From assembly GCA_016214005.1 (NCBI GenBank), contig JACRPK010000006.1, positions 17,719-81,718 of the forward strand: a DNA stretch of 64,000 nt, given 5' to 3'. The notes beneath the pieces were generated by a model. That model did not search any database, was not told where the DNA came from, and saw only the letters and a list, made by a program, of their open reading frames with translations. Positions 8,651-17,508 of this stretch are shown one piece after another. This stretch comes from Candidatus Wolfebacteria bacterium. Lineage in GTDB: Bacteria; Patescibacteriota; Minisyncoccia; UBA6257; UBA9933. The translations under genes were made by a program, and so were the position numbers. The number at the start of each line of letters is the position of its first letter. Positions within the stretch are counted from its first letter, which is position 1.

Positions 8651-8690
8651 AAAGGCTTATCAAAATTTTTGATAAGCCTTTTTTATTTTA
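8651..8690. terminator. Terminator between convergent genes (probably bidirectional)
   Basis: AAAGGCTTATCAAAA/TTTTGATAAGCCTTT. Confidence 0.75.
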
Positions 8691-9585
8691 ATATTCCTTT
8701 TAATTCAGAAATTGAAAAATATACTTTTTCTATATATTCGTTATCAAGCGGTTTATTTTTCTTAATGTAAATATTTATTAATTTTATTAATTCTTCGGTT
8801 TTAACATAGTTTTTTGGTATTTTGGCGTTTAACGTAATATTCTTGCTATTTAAAAATTTTCTGCCCAAGACGCCATTGGGGAAAAGAGAACTTATCGCCG
8901 ATTCTTTAATAAGATTTATGGTATCAAAATCATTCAGATATTTTTTATACAGCAAGGGAAGAAAATATTGTTTTTCAAAACATAGATGTATTGTTTCGTG
9001 CCAAATAATACCCATGGCATGATTTGCGTCATTTAACGGATAGCGAGAAATTTCAAGGCTGATACTTTTATTATCAATACTTGCTCCGCCGCCCGTTTGA
9101 ACGGGTGAAGAAAATAATAAATTAATGTTAATTTTAAATTCAGAAGGAGAAGTATTAAAAATAATGTTCAATATATCAACTATAGATTTTACCAAATGCG
9201 GTTCATTTATTTTGTCGCTTAATTTTTTTTGCCATTGAAGTAGGAGAGGCTCTTCTTTGTTCCAAAGCAAATTAAATTTTTTTTCCAACAAAGAAAAAAT
9301 ATTTTTGAGATTAATAAAATCTTCTTGCGATAATTTTTGTTCTAAAATAATCCAAGGATTTTTTTCGATAAAAAATTGGCGCCCTAAGTATGATTCTCCA
9401 AATGGATATCGTAAGTGGATTTCTTTAAATTCTTTCAGGGAGTTTTCTTCTTCTGGCGAAAATTGCCCGAGTTCTTCTCTCCATAAAATATTGTAATTTT
9501 TTCGGTTGCTAAAATGCCATTCGGAAAGGTTTTGGATAAAAAAATAAAAATTTGCCCATTTTGAAATTATAAATTCAAATTTCAT
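8683..9585 (-). CDS. Hypothetical protein with HExxH motif (possible metallopeptidase)
   Basis: IIWHETIH; 300-aa ORF. Confidence 0.6.
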   Translation of the reverse strand: MKFEFIISKWANFYFFIQNLSEWHFSNRKNYNILWREELGQFSPEEENSLKEFKEIHLRYPFGESYLGRQFFIEKNPWIILEQKLSQEDFINLKNIFSLLEKKFNLLWNKEEPLLLQWQKKLSDKINEPHLVKSIVDILNIIFNTSPSEFKININLLFSSPVQTGGGASIDNKSISLEISRYPLNDANHAMGIIWHETIHLCFEKQYFLPLLYKKYLNDFDTINLIKESAISSLFPNGVLGRKFLNSKNITLNAKIPKNYVKTEELIKLINIYIKKNKPLDNEYIEKVYFSISELKGILK

Positions 9586-9673
9586 ATTATTTATTTTACT
9601 AAATTTTCTTTATTTTAACCACTCCTTTTCTCATAATTTGTTTCCTACTATTATTTTTTCCCAAATCCTTTCG

Positions 9674-9764
9674 AATCCCCCGCATAAAACCTCGCTAATT
9701 CCCCCCATTAACTTTTTTATTTTCGTGAGTATAATCTAGGTAGAAACTTTGAAAAATAACGCAT
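9674..9764 (+). promoter_or_regulatory. Cassette promoter repeat copy 6 (long form)
   Basis: Matches the other copies. Confidence 0.85.
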
Positions 9765-9864
9765 TCGCGAGGAGTGTGGCAACAACGGATAATTTTATTT
9801 ATTATAGACTATAGATGGAGCAGAATGGTTCTGTTCCGCCAAACACCTTAAAAAGGAGACGACC

Positions 9865-10443
9865 ATGATCCAGACAGTCGAAAGGAGTTCTTGTTCGAGA
9901 GGGTTTGAGCACTTCCATGGCGGAGTTGGAGTTCAGGGGATTCTCAGCGATCTGGTAATTCCCGCAATTCCAGGCGAGTACTACGCCTACTCCTCCGAGT
10001 TCACGAAGGAACGACCGCTGTACGCGCTCATGAAGTGCAAGGCGAACAAGGATCGTCCAATTACCGCCGCGGAAGACCTTGGTCAAGAGGCAAACCTGCT
10101 TTTCCTGTTTGGCAACCAGAACCAGGTTCAGGCCTGCGCGATCAGGACGGCGTACATTTCCGGTCTGCTCGGTGACTCCGTCAATGGTGAGTCATTCGGC
10201 GAGACGTGGATTGCTCCCGCCCGGATTACCGCCGAAGACTTCTACGAGCTTCGTTCGAGGAAAGATGTGACGAAGCTAGTGGAAATTTGCCAGGTGGCGT
10301 GCTCGGAGCGCAGGGCATCCATCGCGCTGGAACCAGGGGTGGTCATTGCTATGATGACTGACTGCGGAAAGTACGGTTTGTTCTTCGTGAGGCGGATCAC
10401 TCCAGCACTGATCCAAATTGATGCTTGCCACATCTTGCTTTAG
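9865..10443 (+). CDS. Hypothetical protein with atypically high GC
   Basis: SD AAAAGGAG; GC-rich codon usage unlike its neighbours; hairpin at 10467-10499. Confidence 0.65.
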   Translation: MIQTVERSSCSRGFEHFHGGVGVQGILSDLVIPAIPGEYYAYSSEFTKERPLYALMKCKANKDRPITAAEDLGQEANLLFLFGNQNQVQACAIRTAYISGLLGDSVNGESFGETWIAPARITAEDFYELRSRKDVTKLVEICQVACSERRASIALEPGVVIAMMTDCGKYGLFFVRRITPALIQIDACHILL

Positions 10444-10573
10444 CTCCACACGGCACGCGAGTAGCATCTGCCGCCAAGGGATACCCCTTGGCGGCAGATT
10501 TAATTTTAAAACCAGGTATAAAATAGGCACATCAGGGGATTTATGAATAGCATTAGAACCCACCCCCTTGTAT

Positions 10574-11044
10574 CTATAAAATTTTTCGCCACACTTGCCC
10601 GATATCATCATCCGGTGGTGTTATCTCTCCAGCTCTCTCAAAACCCAATTTGCCATGAAAGCGCCACGACTCACTGTGAGAATTAGGACTATATAAAAGG
10701 ATTTCAGTAAAACCAAGTCTGCGCGCTTCCTCAATTAGTTTTAATTTTAGTGTTTTTCCGATACCTCTTCTTTTATATTTTACCGCAATGACATAAAATT
10801 CAACAGGATTATTAGTTAGCGCATACGGCTTTAAGTAGTTAGCCAATTTTTTAAAACCAACAATTCCTAAAATTTCACTGTTTTCCGTTGCTACAAAAAA
10901 ACCGGAATCTTTCTTCGGAGTTTTTTTAACATATAATTGTAATTCACTTAAAAGCTCCTTAAGAAATTCTGGGTCTGTCCAATACAAAGCAAAAATTTCT
11001 TCCACCGCTTTTTGGTCGCTTTCCTGAAATTCTCGGATGATCAT
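10574..11044 (-). CDS. GNAT family N-acetyltransferase
   Basis: MIIREFQESD...KRRGIGKTL...FHGKLGF. Confidence 0.85.
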   Translation of the reverse strand: MIIREFQESDQKAVEEIFALYWTDPEFLKELLSELQLYVKKTPKKDSGFFVATENSEILGIVGFKKLANYLKPYALTNNPVEFYVIAVKYKRRGIGKTLKLKLIEEARRLGFTEILLYSPNSHSESWRFHGKLGFERAGEITPPDDDIGQVWRKIL

Positions 11045-11089
11045 TTATATATACTAGCAAAATTTTGTGGGTTAGGAAACAAGCGCTGT

Positions 11090-11272
11090 CCATTGACTTT
11101 TTCATTTTCCCGAGTATAATATAGGGTAGAAACTTTGAAAAATAACGCATCCCTGCCTGCCGGCAGGCAGGTTTGTGAATGTGTTAATAAGAAAACCGGT
11201 ACTACTATTGATAGTAGTGCCAAAGATATTTCAGACAAAGAAAGAAAAGAAAAAGAAAGAGAGGATGGGAAA
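11090..11272 (+). promoter_or_regulatory. Cassette promoter repeat copy 7 with mosaic leader (type B 5' part, type A purine tract)
   Basis: Matches the other copies. Confidence 0.85.
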
Positions 11273-12253
11273 ATGAAAGAAGCAATTCTTATTTTAACTA
11301 ATTCCGAAGATGGTAAACATACGGATGTTGTGCTTGAGAAACTTCAACAGGCTGATCAGAATGTTTTTCGTTTTGATTCAGATCGTTTTGCAAATGGTGA
11401 GATTATAATTGATTTTGAGAATAACCATCGGAGATGCGAATTTGCGATGTATTCTCATGATCAAGTGATAAATTCAAGAAATATTAAAAGTGTTTGGTAT
11501 CGTAGGCCTAATCATTTTAACTTGCAAATTCAAGATCTCGTTCAGCGTAATTATGCCGAACAAGAGATTAAAAATTTGCTAGATGGATTATGGACGATGG
11601 TGCCGGATATTTTTTGGTTAAGCAATCCGAAAAGCCTTGAACAAGCGCGGAAAAAACTTTTTCAATTAAAACTTGCTCGCGAGCTTGGATTCTTAATACC
11701 AGAAACAATAGTTACCAATGACCCAAATCGTGTTCATGAATTTTTTAAGACCTACAATGGTAAGATAGTTTTTAAAGCTTTTTATCATGAATTTCTAAAT
11801 TATGGAGATCGCGCATTTAATATTCCGACTACGCTTATAACAGAAAAACACCTAGAAAAACTTGAGCTTGTCAAGAAAATGCCATGTCTATTTCAAGAAT
11901 TTATCGATAAAAAATACGAGCTAAGAATAACGGTTGTAGGACAAAAAATTTTTCCAGTCAAAATTTATTCTCAAGAAAATTCTCAAACAACTGTTGATTG
12001 GAGAAATCCGGAGTTTATTAATAAACTCCGTTATGAAGTTGTTAGTATCCCAGAAGCGCTTGTTAAAACCTGTTTAACTATGTTGAATGAGCTTGAGCTT
12101 TCGTTTGGAGCTTTTGATTTTGTAGTTGATAAAATAGGGGAAATCTTTTTTCTTGAAATTAACCCTAATGGACAATGGTATTGGATGGAAAGTCAAACAA
12201 ATGTGCCAATTTCTGATGCCATTGTTGATATTCTAAGTTTAGAAAGGAGGTGA
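11273..12253 (+). CDS. ATP-grasp peptide maturase, MvdC/MvdD (graspetide synthetase) type
   Basis: SVWYRRP, KLFQLKLARELGFLIPETIVTNDP, FQEFIDKKYELRITVVG, VDWR, FLEINPNGQW. Start moved to ATG 11273. Confidence 0.9.
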   Translation: MKEAILILTNSEDGKHTDVVLEKLQQADQNVFRFDSDRFANGEIIIDFENNHRRCEFAMYSHDQVINSRNIKSVWYRRPNHFNLQIQDLVQRNYAEQEIKNLLDGLWTMVPDIFWLSNPKSLEQARKKLFQLKLARELGFLIPETIVTNDPNRVHEFFKTYNGKIVFKAFYHEFLNYGDRAFNIPTTLITEKHLEKLELVKKMPCLFQEFIDKKYELRITVVGQKIFPVKIYSQENSQTTVDWRNPEFINKLRYEVVSIPEALVKTCLTMLNELELSFGAFDFVVDKIGEIFFLEINPNGQWYWMESQTNVPISDAIVDILSLERR

Positions 12254-12259
12254 TAGATT

Positions 12260-12370
12260 ATGAGTCCTGAGATTTTTGCGGCAATTTGCGCCGTGGAATC
12301 ATCAGAACAACTCTCTGAAGTTACGGCGAGTTGGACTGGCCAGGGGTCTTTCAAACATCAAGACGACTAG
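12260..12370 (+). CDS. 36-aa graspetide precursor candidate MSPEIFAAICAVESSEQLSEVTASWTGQGSFKHQDD (not in ORF track)
   Basis: SD GAAAGGAGGTGA overlaps the ligase stop; Thr/Ser/Lys followed by terminal Asp-Asp; terminator follows. Confidence 0.75.
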   Translation: MSPEIFAAICAVESSEQLSEVTASWTGQGSFKHQDD

Positions 12371-12392
12371 GCAGATTAGTCGGGGACCCAAA

Positions 12393-12431
12393 ATAGGGAG
12401 TGGCGATAAGCTGCTCCCTATATTTATTTTT
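12393..12431 (+). terminator. Intrinsic terminator after the graspetide precursor
   Basis: ATAGGGAGTGGC/GCTGCTCCCTAT plus T-rich tail. Confidence 0.75.
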
Positions 12432-12457
12432 AATATAATATTCATTAAAATATAAAT

Positions 12458-13165
12458 ATGTTAAATATACATCTTGAAAATTCAAAACAAACTAAATTTA
12501 TTTTAATAGGAGAAATTCATGGCATAAAGGAAAATATTGAGATATTAAAATCAATAATACAATCATATTTAAAAAGTAAAAATAATAATAAATTAATTTT
12601 AGCATTGGAATGGCCATATCAATTAACAGATGAAATTAATAAATATATAGATAATAATCTGACACAATTAAAATGGCAGAAATGGGATTTTATTAAAAAT
12701 AATGATGGAAGAATATCTAAAGAACATATACTTTTTTTAAAGTGGCTTAAAAATATTAATCGCAATCTCTTAAAAAATAAAAAAATTAAAATTCAATGTT
12801 TTGATGTAATTGAAAAAAAATGGAATAAAAGGGATAAAAAAATGGCGAATATATTACTCAAGTTGAAAAAGAGAAAAAATATTCAATTAGTTGCGATTAT
12901 GGGGAATTTTCATGCTTCAAAAATGGTATTTTATTTTGGTGGCAACAAATATATTCCTCTTGGATCATATTTTCCTCTTGATACAACAATATCTATTAAA
13001 TTAGAATATTGTTCTGGTTATTTTTATAATGAATATTCTAAAAAAATTCCTTCTCACAAAAATATAAATACAATTAAAAAATCTAAATTGCAAAAGAATA
13101 AAAAATCTGAATATGATTATATTTTTTTAATAAAAAAAGCTCATTCAACAAAGCCGTTATATTAA
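12458..13165 (+). CDS. EreA/ChaN/TIKI-like hydrolase-fold protein
   Basis: ILIGEIHG, LALEW, RDKKMA, GNFHA motifs. Confidence 0.6.
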   Translation: MLNIHLENSKQTKFILIGEIHGIKENIEILKSIIQSYLKSKNNNKLILALEWPYQLTDEINKYIDNNLTQLKWQKWDFIKNNDGRISKEHILFLKWLKNINRNLLKNKKIKIQCFDVIEKKWNKRDKKMANILLKLKKRKNIQLVAIMGNFHASKMVFYFGGNKYIPLGSYFPLDTTISIKLEYCSGYFYNEYSKKIPSHKNINTIKKSKLQKNKKSEYDYIFLIKKAHSTKPLY

Positions 13166-13179
13166 TAAATTTAAAGTTA

Positions 13180-13716
13180 ATGAATAAAAATTTAGTAAAA
13201 ATTATAAATGAAATGGCCGCCATTGATCAAAAGATGAGAAGAAATGCGATGAAAACTGGAATTTGGGATAAGATGGTTGATAGAAAAAATATATTAAAAA
13301 TAAAAAAAATTATTAAAAAATTTGGTTGGCCGACGATTGGTCTTGTTGGTAAAAAAGCTAGTTGGAATGCGTGGTTAATTATTCAACACGCCGATCATGA
13401 TATTCGGTTTCAAAAAACTATTTTAAGTCTGCTCGAAAAAATTTATAATAAAAATTCATTAGAAATAGATAAAAATAATATAGCGTTTTTAAAAGATAGA
13501 ATTTTAATAAATGAAGGGAAGCATCAAGTATTTGGGACACAATTTTATACAAATAAAAAAGGAATTTTTGGACCGAGGTCGATAAAAGATATTAAAAATC
13601 TTGATAAAAAAAGAAAAGAATATAATCTGCCGCCATTTAGTGAATATAAAAAATTAATAAATAATTACAAAGTTGTTCCGATTAAAAAAAATAATAAAAA
13701 TAATCACCGCCATTGA
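13180..13716 (+). CDS. DUF6624-like protein
   Basis: DQKMR, FGWPTIGLVG, AWLIIQHAD, DRI...Q.FGTQ, LD.KR...L.P. Stop TGA lies in the -35 box of repeat 8. Confidence 0.8.
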   Translation: MNKNLVKIINEMAAIDQKMRRNAMKTGIWDKMVDRKNILKIKKIIKKFGWPTIGLVGKKASWNAWLIIQHADHDIRFQKTILSLLEKIYNKNSLEIDKNNIAFLKDRILINEGKHQVFGTQFYTNKKGIFGPRSIKDIKNLDKKRKEYNLPPFSEYKKLINNYKVVPIKKNNKNNHRH

Positions 13717-13824
13717 CTTTTTTATTTTCCCGAGTATAATATAAAATAGAAACTTTGAAAAATACCAGTTCTAAGGTTAGAAACTGGTAAAAAAAAGAAA
13801 GAAAAAGAAAGAGAGGATAAGGAA
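13708..13824 (+). promoter_or_regulatory. Cassette promoter repeat copy 8 plus type A leader
   Basis: Matches the other copies. Confidence 0.85.
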
Positions 13825-15134
13825 ATGAAAAAGGAAATGCAGTTGAAATTGCCTTGGTTCCCGATCTTAGATATCTTGCTGGTTATTTTGTTGGGTGTGG
13901 TTTTGTTTGGTTGCGGAAGCAAAAAGGACAACAACAATAACAACAACAATAACAACGTTGTTGTCCAAAAGCCCACAGTCATTTTAACCGCCTCCGAGAC
14001 AAGCATCTGGAGAGGAAAGAAAATAACTCTTAGCTGGGAAGCTAAGAACGCCAATAGCTGCAAAGCTGTGATGTTAATCCCACCGATACCACCACCTACA
14101 GCATCACTTGCTATGGGGAGGATGGCAATTCAGCAGACGATGCCAAAAGCATCAGTGTTGATCTCTGGAAACTGCCGACTAAGTGGCATGGGGGGAATAT
14201 TAATGTTCGCGTCGCTAGCTCTGCCAAAACCAGCGATGGTATTTGGTTCGGCGAATGGTATGCTCCCAATGTCGTCAAATTCAACCTTGCCGGCAAAGTT
14301 CAATGTTCCATAGCCAAAGGTTATTATGTAGAAACTATCGCTTCCTATAGCGACAAGATCTACGCTCTTTGGCATGATGGTGACAGCGCTAGCAGTCCAG
14401 GCCACATTTCCATTTTTGACAACAACTGCAAAGAGTTGCAAGTCATTGAACCGCCGACGGGATATGTCTTTGGCAGGCTTCTGGGTGGGGGAACAATGGT
14501 TGTTGATCAAAACGGCATTGTTGTCCTTGCTTCCAATAACCCCTCAGAAGAGCTGTTTCACCTTGATTTAAATGGAAATTTCATTGGACAGCCCTTTTCG
14601 ATTACAGGCAGTACAGCTGTAATGACATTTGGTGTGACTGTTAGCAATGGAATTTCTTATACAATCGGGTTGGATACCGTAAATGGCCTCACTACAGCAG
14701 TTATTGTCAGCCATACCCTTGACAGCGCTGGCAATAATTGGGTGAATAATTCTTGGCGCTCTACTGCTTTAACAGGAGAAGCGTATACCCAAGATCTTTT
14801 CTATGCTGTCGCAGTCGGCCAAGACGGAATATACGTAGGCGGAGCAGTGACTGTTACTTATCCCAATGGCAGCGGGGATTGGACTTATCTTCTCGTCAAA
14901 TACGATTTCTTGGGAAATCGGCTTTGGCTCGTAGAAGACCGAAAGAAGAAAACGATCAACGGCCTTGCTGTTGACAGCAATGGCTATCTTTACACCAATG
15001 TTGGTGAAAAGATAAACCCTGCCGATGGTTCCGTTGTCTGGAGCATTGGAAAAACCTGCGGAGAGTCTGTTATCGTAGACAATGGAATTTTCTATGCCCG
15101 CCCTTTTTTATTTTTTGCGGAATTTGACAAATGA
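13825..15134 (+). pseudogene. Frameshifted lipoprotein (lipobox LFG-C, poly-Asn linker, Ig-like then beta-propeller-like region)
   Basis: Frame shifts near 14065-14070. The alternate frame DVNPTDTTTYSITCYGEDG... runs without a stop into the 14436 ORF. Confidence 0.7.
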
Positions 15135-15199
15135 ATTTAACTTGTTATGCTAAAATCAGCATTTAGCTCTTTTAAAATAAAATAAGGAGAATATCGGCA

Positions 15200-16399
15200 A
15201 TGTCGACAATTATATGGCGAAATGTTGGAGAATATACTCATTTTTTAAATTGTGTGAATGGGCACATTGTTTCTTTCAAAGTAGATAGCGCGGAAGCAAA
15301 GAAAATTATAAATAACCCCAATCATTATGAATTTGATTGCGAAGCGGAAAAAGTTTTTAGGACAACAGGCAATCAATATAATTCTAGATTATGCCGCGGA
15401 AATTTGATTAAACTTGGTTTAGAATTTAAATTTCCGACAATAGTGAATATTGAATTAAGCAGGAGATGCTCATTAAGATGCATCCATTGTTATATTGGAA
15501 ATAAAAATTTAAGTTCATCTGAATTAAGTGTTTTTGAAAAAATGGATGATTGCAATATAGACGGATTCTTAAAAAAACTTAAAGATTTGGGAGTTTTTCT
15601 TGTCGTAATAACTGGAGGAGAGCCGTTTATTAGCAAAAAACTTCAAAATTTTTTGCGGATAGCAACAGAAAAAGGATTTTTGATAGAAATATTCAGTAAT
15701 TTACAAAATTTACCCGATTGGTTTTTGCGTAATAAATATGAGGATTTTAGAATAGGTAGAATACAGACTTCAATTTATTCATCTATATTTAAAATTCACG
15801 ATGAAATAACAAAAAGTGCTGGTTCTTTAAAACGCAATCTTAAAAATCTTAATTTATTAATAAAAAATGGGTATTTTGTTGAAGTAGCTACGCCTTTAAT
15901 GAGAAAAAATATCATTTCATGGGAGAGAACTAAATTTTTCTTTGAAGAAAAGAAAATCTCTCAAAATTTTTCTTGGCCGATAGCCGATGAATATTATGGG
16001 ACAAAAAAGAAAAGCAGTTTAAATATTTTTGGTCAAAGTTTTAGTCATTTTATAGAAAAAAATTTAGATTTTCTTTTAGAAAAAAAGTGTTTTGAATCCG
16101 ACGAATATATCTGCGAAGCGGAGAAAGCTATATTCGCGGTATCTGCGACAGGCGACGTTTTCCCATGTAGTCAGATGCCATTACCAGTTGGAAATATATG
16201 CAATAAAAAAATTAAAGATATTATATATGGGAAAGATATGTCTAAAATTGGCTCATTAAAATGGAAAGATGTTTTAAAAGAAAAAGTTTTTAATTTTTGT
16301 CCTGGCATCAATTATACTGATGCAGGAGATGTTTTAATCAAACCAAAACATATGTTCGGCGCGATAGCAACTCTTAATAATAAAATGGAAAGGAGGTGA
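15200..16399 (+). CDS. Radical SAM protein with SPASM/Twitch-like C-terminus (PqqE/SkfB-like peptide maturase)
   Basis: CSLRCIHC, TGGEP, C...GDVFPC...GNI...FCPG; own promoter with TTGACA at 15124. Confidence 0.88.
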   Translation: MSTIIWRNVGEYTHFLNCVNGHIVSFKVDSAEAKKIINNPNHYEFDCEAEKVFRTTGNQYNSRLCRGNLIKLGLEFKFPTIVNIELSRRCSLRCIHCYIGNKNLSSSELSVFEKMDDCNIDGFLKKLKDLGVFLVVITGGEPFISKKLQNFLRIATEKGFLIEIFSNLQNLPDWFLRNKYEDFRIGRIQTSIYSSIFKIHDEITKSAGSLKRNLKNLNLLIKNGYFVEVATPLMRKNIISWERTKFFFEEKKISQNFSWPIADEYYGTKKKSSLNIFGQSFSHFIEKNLDFLLEKKCFESDEYICEAEKAIFAVSATGDVFPCSQMPLPVGNICNKKIKDIIYGKDMSKIGSLKWKDVLKEKVFNFCPGINYTDAGDVLIKPKHMFGAIATLNNKMERR

Positions 16400-16405
16400 A
16401 TATTG

Positions 16406-16498
16406 ATGAAAAAATCAATAAAAACCGCGTGGTCATCAAGTAGGAGCAGTAAATCATCCACTTGCCCGGGATGTTCCTCGCGCAGTTCTACCCATTAA
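16406..16498 (+). CDS. 30-aa Ser-rich precursor candidate MKKSIKTAWSSSRSSKSSTCPGCSSRSSTH (not in ORF track)
   Basis: SD GAAAGGAGGTGA overlaps the radical SAM stop; terminator at 16510-16542. Confidence 0.75.
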   Translation: MKKSIKTAWSSSRSSKSSTCPGCSSRSSTH

Positions 16499-16509
16499 AA
16501 ATGGGATTT

Positions 16510-16542
16510 GGGAGAATGATTTAAACAATTCTCCCTTTTTTT
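16510..16542 (+). terminator. Intrinsic terminator after the Ser-rich peptide
   Basis: GGGAGAAT/ATTCTCCC plus T tract. Confidence 0.75.
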
Positions 16543-16551
16543 ATTTCATTA

Positions 16552-17508
16552 ATGAATGTTATCATTAAAATAATGAATTATTTGATAACAGAAAAGATTA
16601 AAAAAGAATATAATTTAAAGAATCCGGTTTTTCTAAAAAAATTTGAAACGCGAGGGCAGCGGCGCGTTTTTTTAATCATTGATAATAAAAATAAATATGT
16701 TATTAAAATTATTCCGAATAAAAAAGAATTAATTGCGAAATTGGAATTTATATCCAAGATCAAAAATAAAATAATCAATTTTCCTAGAATTATTGATACA
16801 AAATCAAATAAAAAATATTTTTTTCAGTCCGGTAATTTTTTTTTCTTATCGGAATTTATTGATGAAAAAGAAAATATGCCGTCACTGAATTTTTTTTCAA
16901 AATTAGGCTATGCTGTTGGAGAATTTCATAAAATTGAAACAGAAAATAGCAAAATTTTAAATTTAAATATTGGGGAAAAAATTAAAAAATTAAAAACATT
17001 ATTTTCAAAAAAGAATATAGATATTAAAATCAAAAATCAAATAATCAATTTTCTTGATTCATTCCCGCCAATATCTGGCGCGACAATTGGTCCAGTTCAT
17101 GGGGATATAAGCTATTTTAATGTTTTGGGCAAAGAAAAACTTTTTTTAATTGATTTTGATGATATATCGCGCGGTCCGATTGTTTATGATCTTGGGCAGA
17201 TGGTCGCTTTTATGTTTAATCTTATCCCTTTTGATTTTCTTAAGTTTGAGATGAAAATAAAACGTATATCGCAGCCCGTTTTTTTAATGAGCGGATTTAA
17301 AATTTTTTTAAAAAATTATTCTCGAAAAATAAAATTATCTCGCCATGATATAGAAATTTTACCAAAAATGGCTATGTTGGTGTGCTTGGAAAATGTTTAT
17401 TTAGAGTCAATTGACGGAATATTTAAATGGAATTTTAAGAGATTCAAAAAAATAGAAAAAGAACAAGATTTAATAAAACAATTATCTTTAAAATATTTTT
17501 TGAATTAA
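16552..17508 (+). CDS. APH/homoserine-kinase-II-like phosphotransferase
   Basis: HGDISYFNV and LIDFDD catalytic motifs, YDLG. Confidence 0.85.
   Translation: MNVIIKIMNYLITEKIKKEYNLKNPVFLKKFETRGQRRVFLIIDNKNKYVIKIIPNKKELIAKLEFISKIKNKIINFPRIIDTKSNKKYFFQSGNFFFLSEFIDEKENMPSLNFFSKLGYAVGEFHKIETENSKILNLNIGEKIKKLKTLFSKKNIDIKIKNQIINFLDSFPPISGATIGPVHGDISYFNVLGKEKLFLIDFDDISRGPIVYDLGQMVAFMFNLIPFDFLKFEMKIKRISQPVFLMSGFKIFLKNYSRKIKLSRHDIEILPKMAMLVCLENVYLESIDGIFKWNFKRFKKIEKEQDLIKQLSLKYFLN

Noticed and set aside
11135-11272. Track starts at 11135 and 3752 for the ATP-grasp and GNAT genes
   Set aside because: These TTG starts lie inside the promoter repeat; the ATGs at 11273 and 3821 have RBS-like tracts and match the family N-termini.
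861-13824. CRISPR array or classical integron as the explanation for the repeats
   Set aside because: Spacing is kilobases, the repeats are promoter-shaped and not palindromic, and there is no cas gene, intI or attC-like structure in the window.
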